Assembly (NCBI GenBank): GCA_963785235.1
Contig: CAWAUM010000005.1
Coordinates: forward strand, 64,001-128,000
Source of the DNA: an uncultured delta proteobacterium
GTDB lineage: Bacteria > Desulfobacterota > Desulfomonilia > UBA1062
Length of the DNA: 64,000 nucleotides
Reading direction: 5' to 3'
Below are positions 1-8,994 of the stretch, in pieces (within the stretch, counting starts at the first letter, position 1; each line of letters begins with the position of its first letter). The position numbers and the translations under genes are program-made. Below the pieces are notes generated by a model that was not told the origin of the DNA, did no database searches, and saw nothing but the letters and a program-made list of their open reading frames with translations.

Positions 1-767
1 AACTCATTGATGTAACGAAATGTACGGGATGCAGGGGATGCCAGGTGGCATGTAAGCAGTGGAACGGACTACCTGCAGACAAGACCATCTACACAGGATC
101 TCTGCAAAACCCGAAGGACCTGTCGTATAACACCTGGACCCTCATCAGGTTTGACGAGGTTGAGAAGAAAGGCAAGATGAACTGGCTCATGCGACATGAC
201 GCGTGCATGCACTGTGATTGGCCGGCATGCGTCAAGGCCTGTCCGTCACCCGGCGCGCTGGTAAAGACCGACGAAGGTGCCGTAGTCCACGATCCTAAAT
301 ACTGTATCGGCTGCAAGGCCTGTATTGCTGCCTGCCCCTTCGACATCCCTCGGTATTCCGACGAGCTGCAGAAGATAGCAAAGTGCACCCTCTGTTATGA
401 CCGCATCACCGACGGCAAGCAGCCTGCATGTGTAACCTCGTGCCCCACCGGCTGCCTCACCTTCGGGACCAAGGAAAAAATGCATGAGAAGGCCCTGAAA
501 CGTGCTGAGAAGGTGGGTGGGTTTGTGTATCCGAACAACCCGAAATATGAGACCCATATCCTGTACGTTATGCCCGGCACAGTGAATATTACTGATTTCT
601 CACACGCAAACCCCGATCCGAAAATGCCGCTTTCGGTACTCTTGTGGAAGAACCTTTTCAAACCTTTCGCGCTCATTGGTATCGGTGCTGTAGCCGGCGG
701 TGCTTTCCTGCACTACATCACCAAGGGGCCTCACAAGGTGCACGAGAAAAAAGAAGGGGGTGAGTAG
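1..767 (+). CDS. fdnH: Formate dehydrogenase Fe-S (beta) subunit, 5' truncated by window edge
   Basis: Frame is open from base 3 (LIDVTKCTGCRGCQVACKQW). Four Cys-cluster motifs and a C-terminal TM anchor; followed by a cytochrome b gamma subunit. Confidence 0.85.
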   Translation, partial: LIDVTKCTGCRGCQVACKQWNGLPADKTIYTGSLQNPKDLSYNTWTLIRFDEVEKKGKMNWLMRHDACMHCDWPACVKACPSPGALVKTDEGAVVHDPKYCIGCKACIAACPFDIPRYSDELQKIAKCTLCYDRITDGKQPACVTSCPTGCLTFGTKEKMHEKALKRAEKVGGFVYPNNPKYETHILYVMPGTVNITDFSHANPDPKMPLSVLLWKNLFKPFALIGIGAVAGGAFLHYITKGPHKVHEKKEGGE

Positions 768-1408
768 ATGTCAGCGCATGAAGAAAACATGGTAAGAGTC
801 ACCGATGTGGAAGAGAGGATCGTGCACTGGCTGCTGGCAGGGAGCTGCATCTTCTGTCTGATAACAGGCTCGGCCTGATGTTCCAATCATGGAGCTTCAT
901 CCCCACACTCTTTGGCGGCTATTATGCCACAAAGCTGATGCATATCTTCGCAGGTGTTGTCTTTTCCGGTATGCTCGTGCGTTCCTATTTCATGTGGAAA
1001 AAGGACTGCGAATTTGAGCCGGATGACATGAAGTGGGTCCTCAAGGCCGGAGGATATCTCTGGCCCGTTACAGACCTCCCTCCTGTATACAAGTATAATG
1101 CAGGCCAGAAGGCGTTCTTCTGGTGCCTCATGGTGTTCGGCGCCATCATCGTGGTAACCGGGTACTTCATGTGGCTGTGGAACCCCACAATGGTGCCCCT
1201 GGTGATTGCACGCTGGGCCTATATGCTCCATGCCATGTCCGTAGTGGTCCTCGGGGCATTCATCATGATCCATTTTTACCTGGGAACCATCGGTAATCCA
1301 GGGACAGTCTCAGCCATGATCACCGGTTGGGTGAGCAAGGCATGGTGCGAAACACACTGCCCACGCTGGTTCGCAGAAAGGAACAAGAAACCCGGAGCTG
1401 CTGCATAA
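768..1408 (+). CDS. fdnI: Formate dehydrogenase gamma subunit (cytochrome b556-like), with 1-bp deletion frameshift near 868
   Basis: ATG at 768 gives ERIVHWLLA...ITG and then stops. Adding one C (ggcCtcggcctg) joins it to ORF 878..1408 (KYNAGQK, His heme ligands, GWVSKAWCETHCPRW). Confidence 0.8.
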
Positions 1409-1439
1409 AGCATAAGAAGAAATACAAAAAGAGAATCAC

Positions 1440-1469
1440 AGAGGGCCCTCGCTTGAGGGCCCTTTTTTT
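1440..1469 (+). terminator. Rho-independent terminator
   Basis: agggccctc-gctt-gagggccct hairpin followed by a T-run. Confidence 0.8.
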
Positions 1470-1471
1470 AT

Positions 1472-1689
1472 ACTGGATTATGCGTTTAGGCATAGTAAAA
1501 ACTTGATCCGTCAAAAACCTCAATCTTGCAGCCATGAAGGACCGATAAATTTTTCATTACACCATGGCTGCAAGATTGAGGTTTTTAACGGACCTATTGA
1601 AACAACTCAAATTTCACAATGAATCTCATGCCTAAGACCATAAGAAGTGCAAAAAGCATCTACGGGTACATCCATTTGCAAAATCTGGT
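1472..1689. mobile_element. MITE-like repeat, copy A (internal palindrome 1507-1592)
   Basis: Imperfect terminal IRs (actggattatgc ... gcaaaatctggt). Internal IR arms tccgtcaaaaacctcaatcttgcagcc / ggctgcaagattgaggtttttaacgga around a 32-nt core. Homologous to 46149-46368 and 49622-49770. Confidence 0.7.
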
Positions 1690-1801
1690 TTTACAAGATC
1701 CTTCATAAGGCCTTCCCTTTAACCAATAAAATCCTATTATTTATTCTAAAGGCAGATACAGAACTTACAAACTTGATGAGATTAAGAAAGGAGATGAAAA
1801 A

Positions 1802-2395
1802 ATGATTACACTTCCTGATCTTCCCTACGCCAAGGATGCGCTGGCGCCGGTCATCAGCGCGAATACCCTGGAATTTCATTACGGCAAGCACCACAAGGCA
1901 TATGTGGACAACACGAACAAGCTCATTGCAGGAACGGATCTGGAGAACGAAACACTGGAAAACATACTGAAAAAGGCATCAGGAGATCCCGCAAAGGCAG
2001 GTCTGTTCAACAATGCAGCCCAGATCTGGAATCATTCCTTTTACTGGCAGTGCCTGAAGCCCGGTGGAGGCGGGGCACCCAAAGGGGCAGTTGCTTCGAA
2101 GATCACCTCCACCTGGGGAAGTGCGGACAAGTTCTTTGAAGAACTTAAGAACGCCGGAGTCACCCAGTTTGGCAGCGGATGGGCATGGCTCGTGCTGGAA
2201 AATGGAGAGCTCAAGATAACAAAGACAGCAAATGCAGACACCCCGCTGGTGCACAAACAGACACCGCTCTTGACCATCGATGTCTGGGAGCACGCCTATT
2301 ATCTCGACTACCAGAACCGCAGGCCGGACTACCTTTCGGCAGTTATGGAAAAGCTCATCAACTGGGATTTTGTGAACGCCTGCTTCAGCAAATAA
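1802..2395 (+). CDS. sodB: Fe superoxide dismutase
   Basis: HYGKHH, NNAAQIWNHSFYW and DVWEHAYY motifs. Confidence 0.95.
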   Translation: MITLPDLPYAKDALAPVISANTLEFHYGKHHKAYVDNTNKLIAGTDLENETLENILKKASGDPAKAGLFNNAAQIWNHSFYWQCLKPGGGGAPKGAVASKITSTWGSADKFFEELKNAGVTQFGSGWAWLVLENGELKITKTANADTPLVHKQTPLLTIDVWEHAYYLDYQNRRPDYLSAVMEKLINWDFVNACFSK

Positions 2396-2400
2396 AGCTT

Positions 2401-2430
2401 AAGGGGGCCGGCAGCCTGGGCCCCCTTTTT
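2401..2430 (+). terminator. Rho-independent terminator
   Basis: aagggggcc...ggcccccttttt hairpin plus T-run. Confidence 0.75.
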
Positions 2431-2519
2431 TAAATTTCAATAACACGGTATTGACGCGACCCTTGGTCAGGGCTATTCTGGTATTACTATTACCGGTATT
2501 ACACATACAGGAGGTATGT

Positions 2520-2747
2520 ATGCGGATCACAACTAAGGGCCAGGTAACTATACCCCAGGAAATTCGGGAGAAGATGAACATCAGGCCCGGTGCTGAAGTT
2601 GATTTTGTTGAGCGGGATGGAAACGTCCTGTTGATAAAGAAGAAAACCCCCAAACACACAAAGAGCGGGTTCAGAAAATTCCGCGGGAGTGCAACCGTGA
2701 AGATGAGCACACAGGAGATCATGAAGCTCACGAGATCAATCAAATGA
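2520..2747 (+). CDS. AbrB/MazE/SpoVT-family antitoxin
   Basis: MRITTKGQVTIPQEIRE motif, GGAGG RBS, ATGA overlap with PIN toxin; repeated TATTAC motifs in the promoter (2481-2502). Confidence 0.85.
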   Translation: MRITTKGQVTIPQEIREKMNIRPGAEVDFVERDGNVLLIKKKTPKHTKSGFRKFRGSATVKMSTQEIMKLTRSIK

Positions 2748-3169
2748 GCCGTATCCTGGTGGATTCAAATGTTCTGCTTGATGTATTCGAGGATGATGCC
2801 AACTGGGCAGACTGGTCCGAGTCCATGCTGGACTACTACCGGTCTTCTCATGTCCTTTGCATCAACCCGGTTATCTATGCCGAGATATCCATGGGATTCC
2901 AGAAGATTGAAGAGGTGGAGAAGGTGATCTTTGGGTGTGCCCTTGTCCTGGAGAATATCCCCAGGGAAGCTTTATTTCTTGCCGGAAAGGCATTTTTAAA
3001 ATACCGCAAGCAGAAGGGGAACAAGGTGTCTCCCCTGCCGGATTTTTTTATCGGAGCCCATGCTGCGGTTGCAGGATATCCCATCATTACCCGGGATACC
3101 TCCAGGATCAGTTCTTATTTCCCGACCGTTGAGATCATCTCCCCGGAAAAGAGATCAAGGCAGGAATGA
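2744..3169 (+). CDS. vapC: VapC-family PIN-domain toxin
   Basis: ILVDSNVLLD...YAEIS...LPDFFIGAHA...ITRD PIN motifs. Confidence 0.9.
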   Translation: MSRILVDSNVLLDVFEDDANWADWSESMLDYYRSSHVLCINPVIYAEISMGFQKIEEVEKVIFGCALVLENIPREALFLAGKAFLKYRKQKGNKVSPLPDFFIGAHAAVAGYPIITRDTSRISSYFPTVEIISPEKRSRQE

Positions 3170-3190
3170 AACTTCATTGTAATGAAAAAA

Positions 3191-4459
3191 TTACGCCTTC
3201 ACCCTCGGCAGGTCTTTCCACGACGTGGTGAACTGCGGTGACTTTCTGGTCTGGCGCATCCACCAGGGCCGTTCGAACCCGGAGGCTGCAAAGGCCAGCG
3301 TTCCTCTGCCCCAGCGCCGGTTGATAGTGTCTACGGTCTGCATGAGCCCCAGTTCTTTCTCCCCCTCGCGGCTCTGATGAAAGAGGTTGAGCTGCACCTG
3401 GCCGCGCTGCACGATGCCCGAGAGCATGACGCCGACCTTCCTGTAGGCAGGCCCCTTGTGGTAGATGCGCCGGAGCAGGGCCTTGGCATAGCGGATGAGG
3501 TCGGGAGTGTGGGCCGTGGCAACGGGGATGGCTGCAGAGCAGATGCGGGTCTTGGGGTGGCCGTCGTTGAAAGGGAACTCCATGAGGATCACCTGCATGC
3601 ATGAGGCCGCAGAGCCCTGTTGGCGCAGCTTCTCGGCGGCCCGGGAGACATAGGCCGCCGCCGCTTCCTCCAGTTCTTGGATCCGGTACACCCTCTTACC
3701 GAAGGACCGGGAGCACAGGATCGCCTTTCTGGGCGGCTCGGCCTCATCCAGTGGGATGCAGGAGGTTCCCCTGAGTTCGAGGGCCGTGCGCAGGCCCATG
3801 ACGGTCATGTGCCTCTTCACCCATTCATCCGGCGCGTTCCTCAGGTCGAGTGCGGTAAGGATGCCGTGGCGCCTGAGAAATTTGGCATACTGGCGGCCCA
3901 CGCCCCAGACATCATCCACCTCGATGGTGGAAAGGACCTCTTCTTCGCGGCCCGTGATGTCGAACACGCCTGCGCAGCCCCGGGCCTTCTTGGCCGCCTT
4001 TGCTGCGGCCTTGGCCAGTGTTTTGCTGGGACCGATCCCGATTGAAACAGGGATGCCCACCCACTTTTTCACGGTCTTCCTGATGGTCCTTCCATAAGCG
4101 GTGAGGTCGCCTGCAATGCCCTCAAGGCCCAAGAATGCCTCGTCAATGGAGTAGACCTCCATGTCCGGCGTGAAGGAGGCCAGCGTCTCCATGACCCTGC
4201 GCGACAGGTCCCCGTAGAGGCTGTAGTTGGACGAGAAGACGCGAACGTTTTCTTTGGCCACCAGCTCTTGGCACTGGAAGATGGGTTGGCCCATCTTTAG
4301 CCCCAAGTCCTTGGCTTCATTGGACCGGGAGATGATGCACCCGTCGTTGTTGGACAGCACCACCACGGGCTTGCGCTCCAGGCCGGGGTTGAACACCCGC
4401 TCGCACGAGGCGTAGAAGTTGTTGCAGTCAACGAGGGCAAAGGTTTTATCTACTGCCAT
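3191..4459 (-). CDS. umuC: Y-family DNA polymerase V subunit UmuC
   Basis: ALVDCNNFYASCE and YSIDEAF motifs; C-terminal WWMRQ...SPQFTT. Confidence 0.93.
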   Translation of the reverse strand: MAVDKTFALVDCNNFYASCERVFNPGLERKPVVVLSNNDGCIISRSNEAKDLGLKMGQPIFQCQELVAKENVRVFSSNYSLYGDLSRRVMETLASFTPDMEVYSIDEAFLGLEGIAGDLTAYGRTIRKTVKKWVGIPVSIGIGPSKTLAKAAAKAAKKARGCAGVFDITGREEEVLSTIEVDDVWGVGRQYAKFLRRHGILTALDLRNAPDEWVKRHMTVMGLRTALELRGTSCIPLDEAEPPRKAILCSRSFGKRVYRIQELEEAAAAYVSRAAEKLRQQGSAASCMQVILMEFPFNDGHPKTRICSAAIPVATAHTPDLIRYAKALLRRIYHKGPAYRKVGVMLSGIVQRGQVQLNLFHQSREGEKELGLMQTVDTINRRWGRGTLAFAASGFERPWWMRQTRKSPQFTTSWKDLPRVKA

Positions 4460-4481
4460 AGTTCTGGGGTCTTTCCCTTGG

Positions 4482-4571
4482 CCTCTTCAAATCCAGCATC
4501 TTCCCGGCCGCTGAGCCCTTCATTCAAGGCATATCGCTCGAAAGGCCGGGAAGATGCTGGATTTGAAGAGG
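4482..4571. repeat. Perfect 28-bp inverted repeat with 34-nt spacer between umuD and umuC
   Basis: cctcttcaaatccagcatcttcccggcc (4482-4509) is the exact reverse complement of 4544-4571. Confidence 0.9.
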
Positions 4572-4605
4572 TTAATTTTCTCTTAAGCCGTTTCATCGAC
4601 CTTCC

Positions 4606-5049
4606 TCACACCTTGTGGATCACATAGGTGACCACGCCCCACACCTCCACGCGCATGCCTTCCGTTATCTCGATGGGCTTGAAGCTCGGGTTTTCGGCCA
4701 GCAGGAAACACCGGCCCTCTGTGCGCTGAAATCTCTTCACCATGAACTCGCCTTCGATCACCGCGATGACGATATTGCCGGAACCGGCTTCGAGGGCCTT
4801 GTCCACGATGAGAATGTCACCCGGGTGGATGCCCGCCTCGATCATGGAGGTGCCCTCCGCCCGCACAAAAAAGGTGGCTGACGGGTGAGAGATAAGGAAC
4901 TCGTTCAGGTCAAGCTTCTTGTCGATGAAATCGTCCGCAGGCGAGGGGAACCCGGCGGATACACCTGCCGTGAAGAGGGGTATCTCGAGCTTTTTCCCGG
5001 CCTCGAAGCCCCATATGGCGCTGACGCGTGTTTGGTTGTTTTTGGTCAC
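4606..5049 (-). CDS. umuD: UmuD (S24 peptidase)
   Basis: VSAGFPSPA cleavage site, GTSM catalytic Ser, VKR Lys; upstream of umuC. Confidence 0.92.
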   Translation of the reverse strand: MTKNNQTRVSAIWGFEAGKKLEIPLFTAGVSAGFPSPADDFIDKKLDLNEFLISHPSATFFVRAEGTSMIEAGIHPGDILIVDKALEAGSGNIVIAVIEGEFMVKRFQRTEGRCFLLAENPSFKPIEITEGMRVEVWGVVTYVIHKV

Positions 5050-5094
5050 AGAGGCTTATTCTAGCACTGAGAATGCTCGGTGTAAAGGGAAGCG

Positions 5095-5214
5095 CCCAGG
5101 TTTTGCACGGACCTAGTTTAAAAGCAATACCATGATCATAATGAAGTTTATGCTTAAAGCCCATGAAGTGTCATGAAGTGTATAGAATAGGTATGTTTAA
5201 AAGCAAAACCTGGG
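5095..5214. mobile_element. Deleted MITE-like copy lacking the internal palindrome
   Basis: Perfect 12-bp terminal IR cccaggttttgc/gcaaaacctggg. The interior acggacct...aataccatg...tatgcttaa matches the right half of 46149-46368. Confidence 0.6.
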
Positions 5215-5346
5215 TTTAAGAAAAATGTCTCTAAATATTTTACCCCCCTTTTTCCGAAAAGGAGACTTTAGAGGGGCAGGATCTTGACATGCAATGAACT
5301 GATCCTATAAAGGTATTAATCACTTATTAAAAAAAGAGGGTAACAA

Positions 5347-5748
5347 ATGTTTAATTTGAGATTTCAAGAGGTTATAGGCCTGCTCCTGGGGCCGGATGCC
5401 AGTGAGGAGAGGCTGGGGGTGTGCTATCCCGCCCTTGATGTGTTTGAGAACACCGAAGGATTATGCATCGAGGTAGAGATTCCCGGCGTAAACCCTGATG
5501 ACGTGGATGTCGAGGTGATCGGCAGGACCCTGATAGTCACCGGTATGAAAAAGGATGTACTATCCAATAAAGGTGTGCGTTACATAAGGATGGAACGGGG
5601 CTTTGGAAAATTCTCCCGTGAGCTGGATGTTCCCGAGCGGTTCAACCTGGAGAAGATAGAGGCCAAGTTCATAGACGGGGTCTTAAAGATCAGGATTGCC
5701 AAGGCCGAAGACGGAGTTAAGAAGATCAAGCGAATAGAGATTGCTTAG
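5347..5748 (+). CDS. Hsp20/alpha-crystallin small heat-shock protein
   Basis: ERGFGKFSR and AKFIDGVLKI motifs; upstream of lon. Confidence 0.9.
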   Translation: MFNLRFQEVIGLLLGPDASEERLGVCYPALDVFENTEGLCIEVEIPGVNPDDVDVEVIGRTLIVTGMKKDVLSNKGVRYIRMERGFGKFSRELDVPERFNLEKIEAKFIDGVLKIRIAKAEDGVKKIKRIEIA

Positions 5749-5759
5749 GAGATAAATGA

Positions 5760-8168
5760 ATGGAGAATGAGAAACAGGCAATAGAGATTCCCGAGAACAT
5801 CCCGCTTCTTCCCATCAGGGATGTCGTCATATACCCATACATGATATTACCCCTGTTTGTTGGAAGGGGCCTGTCCATCAAGGCGGTTGATGAGGCGCTC
5901 AACAAAGACAGATACATCTTTTTGGCTGCGCAGAAGGACTCCACCGTCGAGGAACCAAGCGAAGAGCAGATCTTCACTGTGGGCACCGTGGCCATGGTCA
6001 TCAGGATGCTCAAGCTCCCGGACGGCAGGGTGAAGATCCTGGTTCAGGGAGTTGCAAAGGCCCGCATAAAGAGCTTCAACAAGGACGAGAAGGGTTTTTA
6101 CAGCGTTAATATCGAGAAGATCGAGGAGCCCGAGCTCAAGGAGATCACGGTCGAGGTAGAGGCCATGATGCGTGCGGTAAAGGAGCAGTCCGAGAGGATT
6201 CTCCAGCTGCGCGGCATTGTGTCACCCGATGCGCTGTCCATCCTGGAGGCCATAGATGACCCGGGACGCTTGGCAGACCTGGTGGCATCAAACTTAAGGC
6301 TCAAGGTGGAGGAATCCCAGCATGTGCTGGAGATCGTGGAACCCATTGAGCGGCTCCGGCATGTAAACCAGCTTCTTAGTAAGGAAATGGAGCTCTCCGA
6401 GGTCCAGGCAAGGATACAGACCCAGGCAAAGGAAGAGATGAGCAAGACCCAGCGCGAATACTTCCTGCGCGAACAGTTGCGGGCCATCCAGCAGGAGCTG
6501 GGCGAGGTGGACGAAAAGGGTAAGGAGATCGAGGAGTATCAGGAGAAGATCAACACCGGCGGGATGCCCGAAGATGTGAAGAAGGAGGCCACCAAGCAGA
6601 TCGACAGGCTCCGCATGATGCATCAGGACTCGGCCGAGGCCAATATCATCAGGACCTATCTCGACTGGATGACAGATCTGCCCTGGGGCAAGGCCACGCA
6701 GGACAAGCTCGACATCAAGGGTGCTGCAAAGAATCTTGACGAGGATCACTATGGCCTGGAAAAGGTCAAACAGCGTATCCTGGAATATCTGGCAGTGCGC
6801 AAGCTCAACCCTGATAAGAAGGGTGCGATCCTGTGCTTTGTTGGACCCCCGGGCGTGGGCAAGACTTCACTCGGCAGATCCATTGCGCGGGCGCTGGGCA
6901 GGGAGTTCTACCGGCTTTCCATCGGCGGAGTCCGCGATGAGGCTGAAATAAGAGGCCACAGGCGGACATACATCGGCGCCATGCCGGGCCGCATTGTCCA
7001 GGGCATCAAGCAGGCAGGGTCCAACAACCCGGTCTTCATGATCGACGAGGTGGACAAGATCGGACAGGACTATCGGGGCGATCCTTCTTCGGCGCTCCTT
7101 GAGGTGCTTGACCCTGAGCAGAATTTCTCATTCCAGGACCACTATTTGAATGTGCCTTTTGATCTTTCCAAGGTTATGTTCATCACCACGGCCAACCTCA
7201 TAGACCCCATCCCAGGCCCGCTGAAGGACAGGATGGAGATTATCGAGCTGCCGGGTTACACGGACCAGGAAAAACTGCAGATTGCCAAGCGATACCTTGT
7301 GTCCAGGCAGGTGACAGAGAACGGTATGAAGTTTGAAGATATAAAGTTTTCGGATGAGGCGATCCTTGACCTCATCAATCACTATACCAAAGAGGCCGGG
7401 GTAAGAAACCTGGAGCGTGAGATCGGATCCATCTGCAGAAAGGTAGCCCGTGATATTGCCGAAAAGAACGGCAAACGCAGAAAGATCTATCGTATAACCG
7501 CCAACAGCGTGTCCAAATACCTAGGTGTACAGAAATTCCTGCCTGAGCAGGAGCGCATGGAACACGAGGTAGGGGTGTCCACAGGCCTTGCCTGGACGCA
7601 GTTCGGGGGAGAGATCCTTTACATAGAGGCCACAGCCCTGAAATGCCAGGAAGGCAAGGGAGGCAACCTGGTGCTCACCGGCCATCTGGGAGATGTGATG
7701 AAGGAATCCGCCCAGGCCGGGCTGACGTATATCCGCTCTCGGGCAAAGCACCTTGGTATACCTGATACCTTCAATAAAGATAACGACATCCATATACATG
7801 TGCCAGCCGGGGCCATTCCCAAAGACGGCCCGTCCGCAGGCATCACCATGGCAACCGCCGTTATATCGGCACTCACCAACAAACCTGTCCGGAAGGATAT
7901 CGCCATGACAGGCGAGATAACGCTGCGGGGCAAAGTGCTTCCCATTGGAGGGCTCAAGGAAAAGACCTTGGCGGCACACCGCAACAAGATTTTCGAGATC
8001 ATCATCCCCAAGGACAATGAGAAGGACCTTGAGGATATCCCACCGCTGGTCAAGAAGAAGCTGAAATTCTACCCGGTGAACTCCATGGACGATGTGCTCA
8101 AGCACGTATTCGTACAGGAAAAGCCTGCAGGGAAGGCCGTAATCAAGCAGGCCAAGGCAGCGAGCTGA
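5760..8168 (+). CDS. lon: ATP-dependent Lon protease
   Basis: LON N-domain, GPPGVGKT Walker A, PKDGPSAG catalytic Ser. Confidence 0.97.
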   Translation: MENEKQAIEIPENIPLLPIRDVVIYPYMILPLFVGRGLSIKAVDEALNKDRYIFLAAQKDSTVEEPSEEQIFTVGTVAMVIRMLKLPDGRVKILVQGVAKARIKSFNKDEKGFYSVNIEKIEEPELKEITVEVEAMMRAVKEQSERILQLRGIVSPDALSILEAIDDPGRLADLVASNLRLKVEESQHVLEIVEPIERLRHVNQLLSKEMELSEVQARIQTQAKEEMSKTQREYFLREQLRAIQQELGEVDEKGKEIEEYQEKINTGGMPEDVKKEATKQIDRLRMMHQDSAEANIIRTYLDWMTDLPWGKATQDKLDIKGAAKNLDEDHYGLEKVKQRILEYLAVRKLNPDKKGAILCFVGPPGVGKTSLGRSIARALGREFYRLSIGGVRDEAEIRGHRRTYIGAMPGRIVQGIKQAGSNNPVFMIDEVDKIGQDYRGDPSSALLEVLDPEQNFSFQDHYLNVPFDLSKVMFITTANLIDPIPGPLKDRMEIIELPGYTDQEKLQIAKRYLVSRQVTENGMKFEDIKFSDEAILDLINHYTKEAGVRNLEREIGSICRKVARDIAEKNGKRRKIYRITANSVSKYLGVQKFLPEQERMEHEVGVSTGLAWTQFGGEILYIEATALKCQEGKGGNLVLTGHLGDVMKESAQAGLTYIRSRAKHLGIPDTFNKDNDIHIHVPAGAIPKDGPSAGITMATAVISALTNKPVRKDIAMTGEITLRGKVLPIGGLKEKTLAAHRNKIFEIIIPKDNEKDLEDIPPLVKKKLKFYPVNSMDDVLKHVFVQEKPAGKAVIKQAKAAS

Positions 8169-8189
8169 AATAACCTCATTGAGAATCAG

Positions 8190-8229
8190 TAAAACAGCCC
8201 TGCAGGGATTAACCTTGCAGGGCTGTTTT
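8190..8229. terminator. Bidirectional terminator
   Basis: aaaacagccctgca...tgcagggctgtttt. Confidence 0.75.
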
Positions 8230-8713
8230 CATACGATCAAGTTACCACCCAAAGTTCTTGTCAAATAAACTATGCTATCCAGGTCTTTTTAAGATTGATA
8301 ATTTATTGCGTGAATCTCTGCTTTAGATAACTTGCCTATATCAATATATGAAATGTAATGAGGGTAGCTTTATCTAGTTCACATGGGGACATTATCAAAG
8401 AAAAGGAGGGCTATTGCAGCCCTCCCAAGAGGAGGTTAATCGTGGTGTGAATCTCTGGATGAATATAGGATTTCTAAATAATTGCATAACGTGTGCCAAG
8501 GAAAAGCCTAATGATTTCTATGATAAATCAGATGTGATTGTTGCAATTAAACCACATATTGCCATATAAAGGAAAAGATGATATTGTCTTACTGTAATAC
8601 TTTGGAAATAATAATCTAAACCCACAGCAAGGGCCATTCTCTGTGAATGCGACTCAGTAATGAGGTCCTGTGCATGATAATATGTGGCTCCATAAAAAAA
8701 CGAGGAGGATGTT

Positions 8714-8989
8714 ATGACAAAAACGGATCTGGTTGACGTTATCGCAGGCAAAGTAAAGATATCAAAGGTAGCAGCATTGGAAGCCGTAGATGCCTTCACT
8801 GATTCAATTACCGGCGCTCTTAAGAAAGGCGATAAGGTCACACTGATAGGATTCGGTACCTTTGATGTTGCGAAAAGGGCAGCGAGAGAAGGCGTGAATC
8901 CCCAAACCAGGCAGAAGATAAAGATCAAGGCAAGCAAAGCCCCCAGGTTCAAGGCAGGCAAAGCATTGAAGGAGGCGGTCAATAAATAA
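8714..8989 (+). CDS. hup: HU DNA-binding protein
   Basis: MTKTDLV...GFGTF...GVNPQT...PRFKAGKALKEAV. Confidence 0.95.
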   Translation: MTKTDLVDVIAGKVKISKVAALEAVDAFTDSITGALKKGDKVTLIGFGTFDVAKRAAREGVNPQTRQKIKIKASKAPRFKAGKALKEAVNK

Positions 8990-8994
8990 CGGCC

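Noticed and set aside
868-880. In-frame TGA in fdnI as selenocysteine or a programmed frameshift
   Set aside because: The downstream homology is in a different frame, and a single missing C restores ITGLGLMF. Gamma subunits are not selenoproteins.
1507-1592. Repeat-32-nt spacer-repeat units as a CRISPR mini-array
   Set aside because: The repeats are inverted rather than direct, the units are single and dispersed, the cores are homologous to each other, and there are no cas genes in the window.
2451-5049. TA pair plus umuDC as part of a prophage or ICE
   Set aside because: No integrase, att/tRNA, phage or conjugation genes nearby. The SRAP gene is 14 kb away among housekeeping genes.
8230-8713. 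Long AT-rich lon-hup intergenic region with a hairpin (ggagggct...agccctcc) and a gtgaatctctg repeat as an sRNA
   Set aside because: No recognisable RNA family or credible ORF; cannot be supported without an Rfam search or expression data.
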